DNA of 64,000 bases, from positions 2,140-66,139 of the forward strand of contig JAXDII010000098.1 in assembly GCA_034664085.1 (NCBI GenBank), in the 5' to 3' direction. The notes beneath the pieces were generated by a model. The model did not search any database, had not been told where the DNA came from, and was given only the letters and a program-made list of their open reading frames with translations. The position numbers and the translations under genes were made by a program. Below are positions 18,463-26,679 of the stretch, piece after piece; within the stretch, counting starts at the first letter, position 1, and the number at the start of each line of letters is the position of its first letter. This DNA comes from Thermoleophilaceae bacterium. GTDB lineage: Bacteria; Actinomycetota; Thermoleophilia; Solirubrobacterales; Thermoleophilaceae.

Positions 18463-19659
18463 ATGCCGGTCGACGCGCGCCGCGCGATCGCCGACCTGCG
18501 CGAGCTGGACCGCCTGACCGGCGGCCCGGACGGCGCCCGCCGCGTCTGCTGGACCAGCGAGTGGGAGCAGGCGCGCGCCTTCCTGCGCGAGCGGATCGAC
18601 AACATCGAAGGCGTCACCGCCGACCAGGACGAGGCGGGAAACCTGTGGGCCACCCTGCCGGGTGACCGGCCCGGGACGGTCGCGGTCGGCTCGCACATCG
18701 ACTCGGTGCCGAACGGGGGCTGGCTGGACGGCGCGCTCGGGGTGATGGCCGGCCTGGAGGTGCTGCGCGCGGCGGCCGGGGAGAGCGACCGCCACACGCT
18801 CGCGCTGGTGGACTTCGCCGACGAGGAGGGCGCCCGCTTCGGCCGCAGCCTGTTCGGCAGCTCCGCCGTCTCGGGCACGCTCGACCCAGACGAGCTGGGG
18901 AGCCTCACCGACGCCGACGGCCGGCCGATCGGCGAGGTGCTGGCCGCCTGCGGAATCGACCTGGCCACAGCCCCGAACGCGGCCCGCCGGCGCGAGGGCC
19001 TGCTCGCCTACCTCGAGCTGCACATCGAGCAGGGGCCCGTGCTCGAGCGCGAGAATGTGCCCGCCGCCGCCGTGAGCGGCACGTTCGGCGTCGAGCGCCT
19101 GCGGCTGGACTTCACGGGCCAGGCCTCGCATGCGGGAACCACCCCGATGGACATGCGGCGCGACGCCGGCCTGGCCGCCGCGCGCACCGCGATCGCGGTG
19201 GAGCAGATCGCCTGCCGCCACGGCGGCGTCGGCACCACCGGGGCGCTGCGCCTGGAGCCCGGCATCCCCACGGCGGTCCCCGGCCGGGCAGAGCTGACGG
19301 TCGACCTGCGCCACGCCGAGGCGGCCCCGCTGGCCGCGATGGCGACGGAAACCCGGTCCGCGGCGGCCGACTCGGGCTGCGCCGTCACCGAAAGCCCGAT
19401 CTGGCGGATCGAGCCGATCGCCTTCGACGAGCGCCTGGTCGCGGCTGCCGCAGAGGAGGCCGGCACCGGGCGGGTGCTCGCCAGCGGCGCGCTGCACGAC
19501 GCCGCCGAGATGGCCCGCCACGTGCCAGCCGCGATGGTCTTCGCGCCGTCGAAGAACGGCATCAGCCACGCCAAGGAGGAGGACACGGCCGAGCCGGACC
19601 TCGAACGGGCGATCGACGCCTTCGGGCGGCTGGCCCTGCGCGTGGCGAGCGGCGGCTAG
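18463..19659 (+). CDS. M20-family Zn amidohydrolase (allantoate amidohydrolase / N-carbamoyl-L-amino-acid hydrolase type)
   Basis: 398 aa with VAVGSHIDSVPNGGWLDGALGV, FADEEGARFG, ELHIEQGPVLE and FTGQASHAGTTPM, typical of AmaB/AllC-type enzymes. Confidence 0.85.
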   Translation: MPVDARRAIADLRELDRLTGGPDGARRVCWTSEWEQARAFLRERIDNIEGVTADQDEAGNLWATLPGDRPGTVAVGSHIDSVPNGGWLDGALGVMAGLEVLRAAAGESDRHTLALVDFADEEGARFGRSLFGSSAVSGTLDPDELGSLTDADGRPIGEVLAACGIDLATAPNAARRREGLLAYLELHIEQGPVLERENVPAAAVSGTFGVERLRLDFTGQASHAGTTPMDMRRDAGLAAARTAIAVEQIACRHGGVGTTGALRLEPGIPTAVPGRAELTVDLRHAEAAPLAAMATETRSAAADSGCAVTESPIWRIEPIAFDERLVAAAAEEAGTGRVLASGALHDAAEMARHVPAAMVFAPSKNGISHAKEEDTAEPDLERAIDAFGRLALRVASGG

Positions 19660-21128
19660 CGCTCGACGGCCACGCGCAGCGTGCGCAGCGCGCGGTCGCT
19701 CGCCCCGCGCAGCGAGCCGCCGTGGTCGAGCGCCTGCTGGATGTAGTCCAGCGTCTCCGTGGTCAGCCGCTCGCCGGGCAGCACGTTGGGGATGCCCGGC
19801 GGGTACGCGGCGAGCGACTCCGCGGCCACCCGCCCCACCGCCTCGCGCACGGGCACGACCTCCTGCGGGCCGAGGAACGCGTCGCGCGGGCTCATGGCGA
19901 GCTCGCCCCAGGGCGGCGGCGGCGCGAACTCCTCGGCTCGGGGATCGCGCTCGCCGGCACTCAGGAACTCGACGGCGCGCCGCAGCGAGCCGACCAGCCG
20001 CTCGCCGGCCGCGCTCACCTCCTCCCCCATCCCGAACACCGCGACCATCACGTTCTCGCCGGCAAGCTCCACGTGCACGTCGTCGCGCTCGCGCAGCAGG
20101 CGCGCCAGCTCGTAGCCGCTGGTCTGCGTGCCGCGGACGTCGATGGCCATGCGCAGCGGGTCGTAGGCGAACACGCCCGCTGCGCCGACGAGCCGCTCGT
20201 CGAGCACGTCCAGCCCGGGCACGGCGCGCACTGCCGCGCGCGTCTCCGCGAGCCCGCGCAGCGTCTCGGCGAGCAGCGCCTGGCCATCGACCGCGGCGGC
20301 GCGCCGCGCCGTGTCGAGCGACGCCGACAGCAGCGCGTTGGGGCTGGTGGACTCGACCAGCGTCACGCAGCGGTCGACGACGTCGGCGTCGATCAGGCCG
20401 CCGTGGCCGAGGTGCACCATCGCCGACTGGGTCAGGCTGCCCACGATCTTGTGGATGCTCGAGATGACGAGGTCGGCGCCGAGCGACAGCGCGTGGGCCG
20501 GCAGGTCGTCGTTGAACGCGAGGTGGGCGCCCCACGCCTCGTCGACGATCAGCGGCACCCCGCGGCCGTGGGCCACCTCCGCCAGGGCGGCGACGTCGGC
20601 CACCGCGCCGAAGTAGGTGGGCGACACGATCGCCGCGCCGACCGCGTCCGGTGTGGCGGCCAGCGCGCCGTCGAGCGTCTCGGGCGTGAGGCAGTGGGCG
20701 ATGTGCAGGTCGGGGTCCAGCTCGGGCGCGGCGAAGGTGGGCCGCAGCCCCGACAGGACGAGGGCGTCGATCGTGCTCGAGTGGGCGTTGCGCTGCAGCA
20801 CCACCTCTTCGCCCGCGTGGGCGAGCGCCAGCAGGGCGACGTGGTTGCCCTGCGAGGCGCCGTTCACGAGGAACCAGGTGCGCTGCGCGCCCCACGCCTC
20901 GGCGGCCAGCCGCTGGGCCTCCTCGAAGGGGCTCGGGTCGAGGCCGACGTCGATGCCCCACATCAGCGCCGGGATGTCGAGCGCGAGCGCCTGCTCGCCG
21001 AGCGCGTCCAGCAGACGCGGGTCGGCCCCCGCCCCGCCCTTGTGCCCCGGCACGTGCAGCCGCCCCGGGTTGCGCTCGGCGAAGGCGCGCAGCGCGTCCA
21101 GATAGGGGGTGTCGGACTGTGAGGCGAT
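19656..21128 (-). CDS. PLP-dependent Orn/Lys/Arg decarboxylase (Bacillus SpeA-type fold I family)
   Basis: The track ORF starts at GTG 21053 (MPGHKGG...). The conserved family N-terminus SQSDTPYLDALRAFAERNPGRLHVPGHKGG continues in frame upstream, where the only start-like codon is ATC at 21126-21128. The PLP-lysine region is SSIHKIVGSLTQ. The 5-prime end is uncertain. Confidence 0.85.
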   Translation of the reverse strand: MASQSDTPYLDALRAFAERNPGRLHVPGHKGGAGADPRLLDALGEQALALDIPALMWGIDVGLDPSPFEEAQRLAAEAWGAQRTWFLVNGASQGNHVALLALAHAGEEVVLQRNAHSSTIDALVLSGLRPTFAAPELDPDLHIAHCLTPETLDGALAATPDAVGAAIVSPTYFGAVADVAALAEVAHGRGVPLIVDEAWGAHLAFNDDLPAHALSLGADLVISSIHKIVGSLTQSAMVHLGHGGLIDADVVDRCVTLVESTSPNALLSASLDTARRAAAVDGQALLAETLRGLAETRAAVRAVPGLDVLDERLVGAAGVFAYDPLRMAIDVRGTQTSGYELARLLRERDDVHVELAGENVMVAVFGMGEEVSAAGERLVGSLRRAVEFLSAGERDPRAEEFAPPPPWGELAMSPRDAFLGPQEVVPVREAVGRVAAESLAAYPPGIPNVLPGERLTTETLDYIQQALDHGGSLRGASDRALRTLRVAVER

Positions 21129-21140
21129 GCGCGGGCGAGT

Positions 21141-21578
21141 CTAGGACAGGGCCGCCGCGACGGCCGCTTCGGGCGTGTCCGCCGGCTCCACTCCCTCTAT
21201 GCCCCAGGTGCCGAGCCCGATCACGCGCTTGTCCCCCTTCAGCGCGAGCGCGATCTCGGACAGCGTGCCGTAGCCGCCGCCGACGGCGATCAGAACGTCC
21301 GCCGCCCGCACGACGAGCGCGTTGCGGGCCTCCCCGAGTCCGGTGGCAAGGGCGACGTCGACGTACGGGTTGGCGTCCGCTCGGTCGTGTCCCGGCAGGA
21401 TCCCGACCGTGGTGCCCCCGGCCTGCTTCGCACCACGGCACGCGGCCTCCATCACCCCGCCGAGCCCGCCGCACACCACCACTGCGCCGCGCGCGGCGGC
21501 CAGGCGCCCGACCTCTTCGGCGACCGCCGCCTGTTCCTGCGAGCCCTCGCCGGGGCCGACAATCGCTACGTAGGTCAG
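21141..21578 (-). CDS. TIGR00725/LOG-family Rossmann protein (lysine-decarboxylase-like annotation family)
   Basis: The track ORF starts at GTG 21482. The conserved N-terminal strand and helix TYVAIVGPGEGSQEQAAVAEEVGRLAAARGAVVVCGGLGGVMEAACRGAK extends upstream to CTG 21576-21578, which overlaps the upstream stop as CTGA. Also has GGYGTLSEIALAL. Confidence 0.8.
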   Translation of the reverse strand: MTYVAIVGPGEGSQEQAAVAEEVGRLAAARGAVVVCGGLGGVMEAACRGAKQAGGTTVGILPGHDRADANPYVDVALATGLGEARNALVVRAADVLIAVGGGYGTLSEIALALKGDKRVIGLGTWGIEGVEPADTPEAAVAAALS

Positions 21579-22009
21579 GGGCCCTCGGGCCGCCGCCGGG
21601 CCTCGACCGCGAGCGAGATCCGGGCGTAGCCCAGTACGGCGCCGGCCACCATCAGCGCGGCACCCGCCAGCGCCAGCCAGATGCCGATCTCCTTGCCGGG
21701 CCCGCCGACACCGGCGGCCGCGGGCGGATGGTTGAGGATCTGGGTGACCACCACCACGACCGTGAAGATCGCCACCGCGAGGGACCGCGCCGGCGAGATC
21801 GCCGGGCGGATCAGGCCGAGGCCGCCGACCAGCGAGGCGATCGCGATCAGCGCCATCACGACGAGCAACAGGTCGATGAACTCGAACACGGTGAAGCCCG
21901 TGAGCCCCTCGTACCAGTCGAGGAACAGGCTCACGATCAGGAGGACCGCGCCGACCGAGGCAACCAGGGGCCCGACAGGCACCTGTCCGGGTCTCGGCTC
22001 GACGCTCAC
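21575..22009 (-). CDS. Hypothetical four-TM membrane protein
   Basis: Last 144 codons of track ORF 21575..23242, from the GTG at 22009 that overlaps the leuS stop (GTGA). Reads VSVEPRPGQVPVGPLVASVGAVLLIVSLFLDWYEGLTGFTVFEFIDLLLVVMALIAIASLVGG... Confidence 0.6.
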   Translation of the reverse strand: MSVEPRPGQVPVGPLVASVGAVLLIVSLFLDWYEGLTGFTVFEFIDLLLVVMALIAIASLVGGLGLIRPAISPARSLAVAIFTVVVVVTQILNHPPAAAGVGGPGKEIGIWLALAGAALMVAGAVLGYARISLAVEARRRPEGP

Positions 22010-24417
22010 TTCACCACGAAGTTGACCAGCTTGCCGGGCACCACCACCGCCTTGACGATCTGCTTGCCGTTCAGGCGCGCCGCGAGCTTGCCAGAGCCGC
22101 GGGCGATCTCCTCGAGCTGCTCGCGAGAGGCCTCGGCGGGCGCCGGGATGCGGTCGACGAGCTTGCCGTTGAGCTGGACGACGAGCTGGATCTCGTCGGT
22201 CGTCAGCATCGCCGGGTCGGCTTCGGGCCAGGGCTGCTCCCACACTCGGTCCCCGGTCATCAGCTCGTAGACCTCGGCGCCGAGGTGCGGCGCGAAGGGG
22301 AAGATCAGGGACCCCGCGGTGGCGATGGCGAAGCGCACGTCCGCCTGCGGCGCCGACTCGCGCTCGCGGTAGACGTCGTTGACCAGCTCCATGACGGCGG
22401 CGATCGCCGTGTTGAAGGCGAAGCGGCCCTCCATGTCGCGCGTGACCTTGTCGATCGCCCAGTGCGCCTTGCGCAGCAGGGCGCTCGGCTGCCCGTCCGG
22501 CGGCGCCCCGGCGCTCTCGTCGGCGGCCGCCTGCGTGGCGGCGGTCCAGAGCCGCGACAGGAAGCGGTGCACCCCGCCCGCGCCCTCCTCCGACCAGTCG
22601 GCGTCCTGGTTCGGCGGCCCGAGGAAAAGCACGTAGGAGCGCGCCGTGTCGGCGCCATAGCGCTCCACCACCGACTGCGGCGACACCACGTTGCCCTTCG
22701 ACTTGGACATCTTGTCGCCGTCGCGCAGGATCATCCCCTGGGTGAAGAGCCGCGCGAACGGCTCCTGGACGCCCAGGTAGCCCATGTCGGCGAGCGCCTT
22801 CACGAAGAAGCGCGCGTAGAGCAGGTGCAGGATCGCGTGCTCGACGCCGCCGATGTACTGGTCGACCGGCATCCAGTAGTCCGCGACCTCGCGGTCGAAC
22901 GGCGCCTGGTCGTTGTGCGGGTCGCAGTAGCGCAGGAAGTACCAGGAGGAGTCGACGAACGTGTCCATCGTGTCGGTCTCGCGCCGCGCCGGCTTGCCGC
23001 ACACCGGGCAGGTGGTGCTGACCCAGTCCTCGGCCGCCGCCAGCGGCGACTTGCCCTTGGGCGCGTAGTCCTCGACGTCGGGCAGCGCGACCGGCAGCTG
23101 GTCGTCGGGCACGGGCACGATGCCGTGCTCGTCGCAGTACACGACCGGGATCGGGCAGCCCCAGTAGCGCTGGCGCGAGAGCAGCCAGTCGCGCAGGCGG
23201 TAGTTGATCGACCGCTTGCCGAGGCCGTCCGACTCCAGCCACTCGATGATCTGCGGGTAGGCCTCGCGGTTGTGGATGCCGTCGAAGCGCCCCGAGTTGA
23301 CCAGCGGGCCGTCACCGGTGCAGGGCAGCTCGCCGCACTCGACCACGCGCCGGATCGGCACATCGAAGGCCTTGGCGAACTCGAAGTCGCGCTCGTCGTG
23401 CGCGGGCACCGCCATGATCGCGCCGGTGCCGTACTCCATCAGCACGTAGTCGGCGACGAACATCGGGATCTGCTCGCCGGTCACCGGGTTCGTGACCGTG
23501 CGGCCGAGCGCGACGCCGGTCTTCGGCTTGTGCTCCGACCCGCGCTCCTCGACCGACTCGTTCAACGCCCGGTTCACGTACTCGTGGACCTCGGGTGAGT
23601 CGTTCAGCCTGAACACGTCCGGGTGCTCGGGCGCCATCACGAAGAACGTGGCGCCGAAGAGCGTGTCCGGCCGCGTGGTGAAGACCGGGTAGTCGACGCC
23701 CAGCTCCTCGCACCGGAAGGTCACCTCGGCGCCCTCGGAGCGGCCGATCCAGTTCTGCTGCATGCGCACCACGTGCGGCGGCCACTCGATCGTCTCGAGG
23801 TCGTCGAGCAGGCGGTCGGCGTAGTCGGTGATGCGGAAGAACCACTGCTCGAGCTGGCGGACCTCTACCTCGGCGCCGCAGCGCTCGCAGCGGCCGTCGA
23901 CCACCTGCTCGTTGGCGAGCACGGTGGCGTCGTTGGGGCACCACTTGACCGCCGCCTCCTTGCGGTAGGCGAGTCCGCGCTCGAGCAGGCGCAGGAAGAT
24001 CCACTGCGTCCAGCGGTAGTACTCGGGCTGGTGGGTGCCGAACTCGCGCGTCCAGTCGATCGAGATGCCCCAGCGCCGGAACTGGCGCTGGAACTCGGCG
24101 ATGGAGGCCTCAGTCGACTCGCGCGGATGCTGGCCCGTCCTGATCGCATGGTTCTCCGCGGGCAGGCCGAAGGCGTCGTAGCCCATCGGGTGCAGCACGC
24201 GCTGGCCCCGGCGGCGCTGGAAGTGCGCAACCGCGTCGCCGACCGCGTACGTCTTCAGGTGCCCGATGTGGGGCTCGCCGGACGGGTACGGCAGCATCTC
24301 GAGCACGTAGGCCTTGGGGCGCTCGTCGGCCTCGTTCGAGACCTCCCAGGTGTGCTCCTCGGCCCAGACGCGCTGCCACTTGGGCTCGATGGTCGTGGGG
24401 TCGTAGCGGTCCGCCAT
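22006..24417 (-). CDS. leuS: Leucine--tRNA ligase
   Basis: Internal ATG at 24417 (MADRYDPTTIEPKWQRVW). Has the HIGH motif (PYPSGEPHIGHLKTY) and the KMSKS motif (GDKMSKSKGNVV). 803 aa. Confidence 0.97.
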   Translation of the reverse strand: MADRYDPTTIEPKWQRVWAEEHTWEVSNEADERPKAYVLEMLPYPSGEPHIGHLKTYAVGDAVAHFQRRRGQRVLHPMGYDAFGLPAENHAIRTGQHPRESTEASIAEFQRQFRRWGISIDWTREFGTHQPEYYRWTQWIFLRLLERGLAYRKEAAVKWCPNDATVLANEQVVDGRCERCGAEVEVRQLEQWFFRITDYADRLLDDLETIEWPPHVVRMQQNWIGRSEGAEVTFRCEELGVDYPVFTTRPDTLFGATFFVMAPEHPDVFRLNDSPEVHEYVNRALNESVEERGSEHKPKTGVALGRTVTNPVTGEQIPMFVADYVLMEYGTGAIMAVPAHDERDFEFAKAFDVPIRRVVECGELPCTGDGPLVNSGRFDGIHNREAYPQIIEWLESDGLGKRSINYRLRDWLLSRQRYWGCPIPVVYCDEHGIVPVPDDQLPVALPDVEDYAPKGKSPLAAAEDWVSTTCPVCGKPARRETDTMDTFVDSSWYFLRYCDPHNDQAPFDREVADYWMPVDQYIGGVEHAILHLLYARFFVKALADMGYLGVQEPFARLFTQGMILRDGDKMSKSKGNVVSPQSVVERYGADTARSYVLFLGPPNQDADWSEEGAGGVHRFLSRLWTAATQAAADESAGAPPDGQPSALLRKAHWAIDKVTRDMEGRFAFNTAIAAVMELVNDVYRERESAPQADVRFAIATAGSLIFPFAPHLGAEVYELMTGDRVWEQPWPEADPAMLTTDEIQLVVQLNGKLVDRIPAPAEASREQLEEIARGSGKLAARLNGKQIVKAVVVPGKLVNFVVK

Positions 24418-24430
24418 GCGGACGCTGAGG

Positions 24431-26593
24431 TTACCGGTGCACTTGGCGGCCCACCCGGACGCGCAGCGGCGCGGTGCCGTCGGCCTGCACACCGGGACCG
24501 CCGCGCCACTGGGCCACGAAGACCGCGCCGCGGCGCAGCGTCCAGGCCGTGCGGAAGCGACCGCCCGACACGGGGGCGAACTTGCGCACCCACCTGCCGC
24601 CGATGTAGGCCGTCACCGAGACTCCGGCGCCGGCGGGCGCCGGCCTGAGCCGCCCGCCCAGCGTCACGCGCGTCCCTCGGGGCGTCGCCCGCCTCGACAC
24701 CAGCCGCAGACTGAGCCTCGACCGCGCTCCGGCGTCGCCCCCGCTGGCGGTGGCGAACAGTTCTGCCGACCGGCTCGCCAGGCCGACGCCGCCGCCGCTG
24801 CCGAGCGCCAGCACGTCGCCGAGCGGGCGCCGGCCGATCACCTGCGGCCGCCACGTGCGGCCCCCGTCGGAGGTGCGCAGCACACCCCCGAGGCCGGCCC
24901 GGCGCGACAGGGTCAAGAAGCCGCGGCTCGCATCCCCGAAGGACACCCCGGCGACGTCGTCCCGGCCGACCCCGGCCAGCAGCCGCCACGAGCGGGCGGC
25001 GTCGCGCGTGGCGAGCACCTCGCCGTCGTCGCGCACGACGTAGCCGATCCGCGCGCTGACGAAGTCGGCCGCGGCGATCGTGCCGCCTGGCGGCCGGCCC
25101 AGCGCGCGCCAGCGGGCTCCCCCGTCGCCCGAGGCCAGCAACGCCTTCGCCCCGAATGCGATCAACGCCGTCCCGGCGCGGTCGATGGCGCGCACGGCAC
25201 GCCGGGGTCCCGCGGCTCGCCTCAGAGTGGCCCCCGCGTCCGTGGAGCGCAGCAAGCCGCCCGTCGTGGCCACCAGCAGGCCGGCGGATCCGGTGGCGAG
25301 CAGGCCGCGGCCTCCCGCCGCGCGCGCGCCCCGGACGGCCCAGCTCAGCCCGCCGTCGTCGGTGTGCTGGAGCGCCCCGGCCCCGGTCAGGGCGTAGCCG
25401 AACGTGTCGTCGGTGAACGAGACGTCCATCACCCGGCCGAGGGGCGCGGCGTCGAGCCGCTGCCAGGTGAGTCCAGCGTCGAGGCTGCGCGCGAGCGCGC
25501 CGCTGGAGGCGAACGCGAAGACCGTGTGCCCACTGGCCCTACGCAGCCCCGTGAACGGGCCCGGGATGGCGGTCCCGACACCGGCGAAGCTGCGCCCGCC
25601 GTCGTCGCTTGCCAACGTGACGCCGCCGGCGCCGATGCCGACGATCCGCGTCGGGGAGCTGTAGGCGACGTCGGACAGCGCCGTTCCGAGCGCGATCGTC
25701 GTGGCGGTCTGGCCGCCGTCGGCCGTCCAGGTGAGCAGGTTGTCCGGCGCGTCCGGGGGCGCGCCGCCCAGCGTCACGCAGGCGGTGGGGTCGGAGCACC
25801 GGATCTTGTGCGGTACGGCGTTCGCTCCAGCGAATGGCAGCGGCGCCCACGTCCTGCCGCCGTCCACCGTCTGTGACCCCGCGAACCCGCCGCCGCGGCC
25901 GACGACGTAGCCGAACGAGGGGCTGAAGAACCGCATGCTGCTGATCGAGAATGGTCGCTGCAGGCCCTCCCAGGTCTGGCCGCCGTCCTCCGTCCTGAAC
26001 GCCGAAGGGAAGCTGCCCGCGATGCTGACGTAGCCGGTGGTATCGGTCAGGAAGACGGCGTCCGCGCTGCCGCCCGGCGGCACCACGCTGTTGCCGATCG
26101 GCAGGCTGGTGCGCCGCGTGAAGCTGCGGCCGCCGTTGGCCGTACGGAGCACGGTCCCGTCCATCAGCACCAGGTAGCCCTGCGACGGCGTGACGAACGC
26201 GATCTGGGCGACATCGGAATTGCAGTCGGACTCGCTGGGAGAGAACGACACGCGCTGGAACGTCGCGCCGCCGTCGTCGCTGCGACGCAGCACACAGCCC
26301 CCGCCCGCGTAGACGGTGTTCGCGTCGAGCATGGCCACCTCGACTAGGCCCGTCTCGGTCCCGGAGACCGCCGACGACCAGGTGGCGCCCCCGTCCTCTG
26401 TGCGCAGGATCAAGCCGTCGGCCCCAACGGCAACGCCACGCGGTCCCGCGAAGGCGATTGCGTGGAGGTCCCCGCCCTGGGGCAGCGGGTTGCTCCAGGT
26501 CCATCCGGTGTGGCCCGCGTTGACGGCGGCGGGCGCGGCGTCCGGCCAGGCGAGCGCCACGGCAAGGCAGACGGCGAGGACAACGGGGCGCAT
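24431..26593 (-). CDS. Secreted multi-beta-propeller protein with BNR/Ycf48-like repeats
   Basis: 720 aa with a signal peptide (MRPVVLAVCLAVALAWPDAAPA) and many repeats of the S/T-x-D-G-G-x-T-W type (TEDGGATWSS, SDDGGATFQR, TEDGGQTWEG, TVDGGRTWAP, SDDGGRSF, TDDGGLSW, SGDGGARW, TSDGGRTW). A good SD (GAGGAGG) precedes the ATG. Confidence 0.75.
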   Translation of the reverse strand: MRPVVLAVCLAVALAWPDAAPAAVNAGHTGWTWSNPLPQGGDLHAIAFAGPRGVAVGADGLILRTEDGGATWSSAVSGTETGLVEVAMLDANTVYAGGGCVLRRSDDGGATFQRVSFSPSESDCNSDVAQIAFVTPSQGYLVLMDGTVLRTANGGRSFTRRTSLPIGNSVVPPGGSADAVFLTDTTGYVSIAGSFPSAFRTEDGGQTWEGLQRPFSISSMRFFSPSFGYVVGRGGGFAGSQTVDGGRTWAPLPFAGANAVPHKIRCSDPTACVTLGGAPPDAPDNLLTWTADGGQTATTIALGTALSDVAYSSPTRIVGIGAGGVTLASDDGGRSFAGVGTAIPGPFTGLRRASGHTVFAFASSGALARSLDAGLTWQRLDAAPLGRVMDVSFTDDTFGYALTGAGALQHTDDGGLSWAVRGARAAGGRGLLATGSAGLLVATTGGLLRSTDAGATLRRAAGPRRAVRAIDRAGTALIAFGAKALLASGDGGARWRALGRPPGGTIAAADFVSARIGYVVRDDGEVLATRDAARSWRLLAGVGRDDVAGVSFGDASRGFLTLSRRAGLGGVLRTSDGGRTWRPQVIGRRPLGDVLALGSGGGVGLASRSAELFATASGGDAGARSRLSLRLVSRRATPRGTRVTLGGRLRPAPAGAGVSVTAYIGGRWVRKFAPVSGGRFRTAWTLRRGAVFVAQWRGGPGVQADGTAPLRVRVGRQVHR

Positions 26594-26679
26594 CCGACGA
26601 CCTCCTCAAGGTTGCCAGCGAGGCTGACCCTAACCCGCGCGCCGGCTGTAGGTTGCGCAAGTGCCTTTGAGTGGTGGCC

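Noticed and set aside
17569-21474. A very long 1301-aa minus-strand ORF. Similar giant ORFs occur at 58244..61741 (+), 6576..8723 (+), 1198..2946 (+), 36500..38371 (-), 24416..25876 (+), 10153..11838 (+), and in the 5-prime 794 codons of 29283..32060 (-).
   Set aside because: All are Arg/Gly/Pro/Ala-rich with no recognisable motifs. Each lies antisense to, or in an alternate frame of, a well-supported gene. These are typical stop-codon-poor shadow ORFs of a genome with about 70% GC.
24417-24431. I looked for T-box or other leader elements upstream of leuS, and likewise upstream of valS at 60727-60749.
   Set aside because: The intergenic spaces are only 13 and 21 nt, too short for any known riboswitch or T-box leader.
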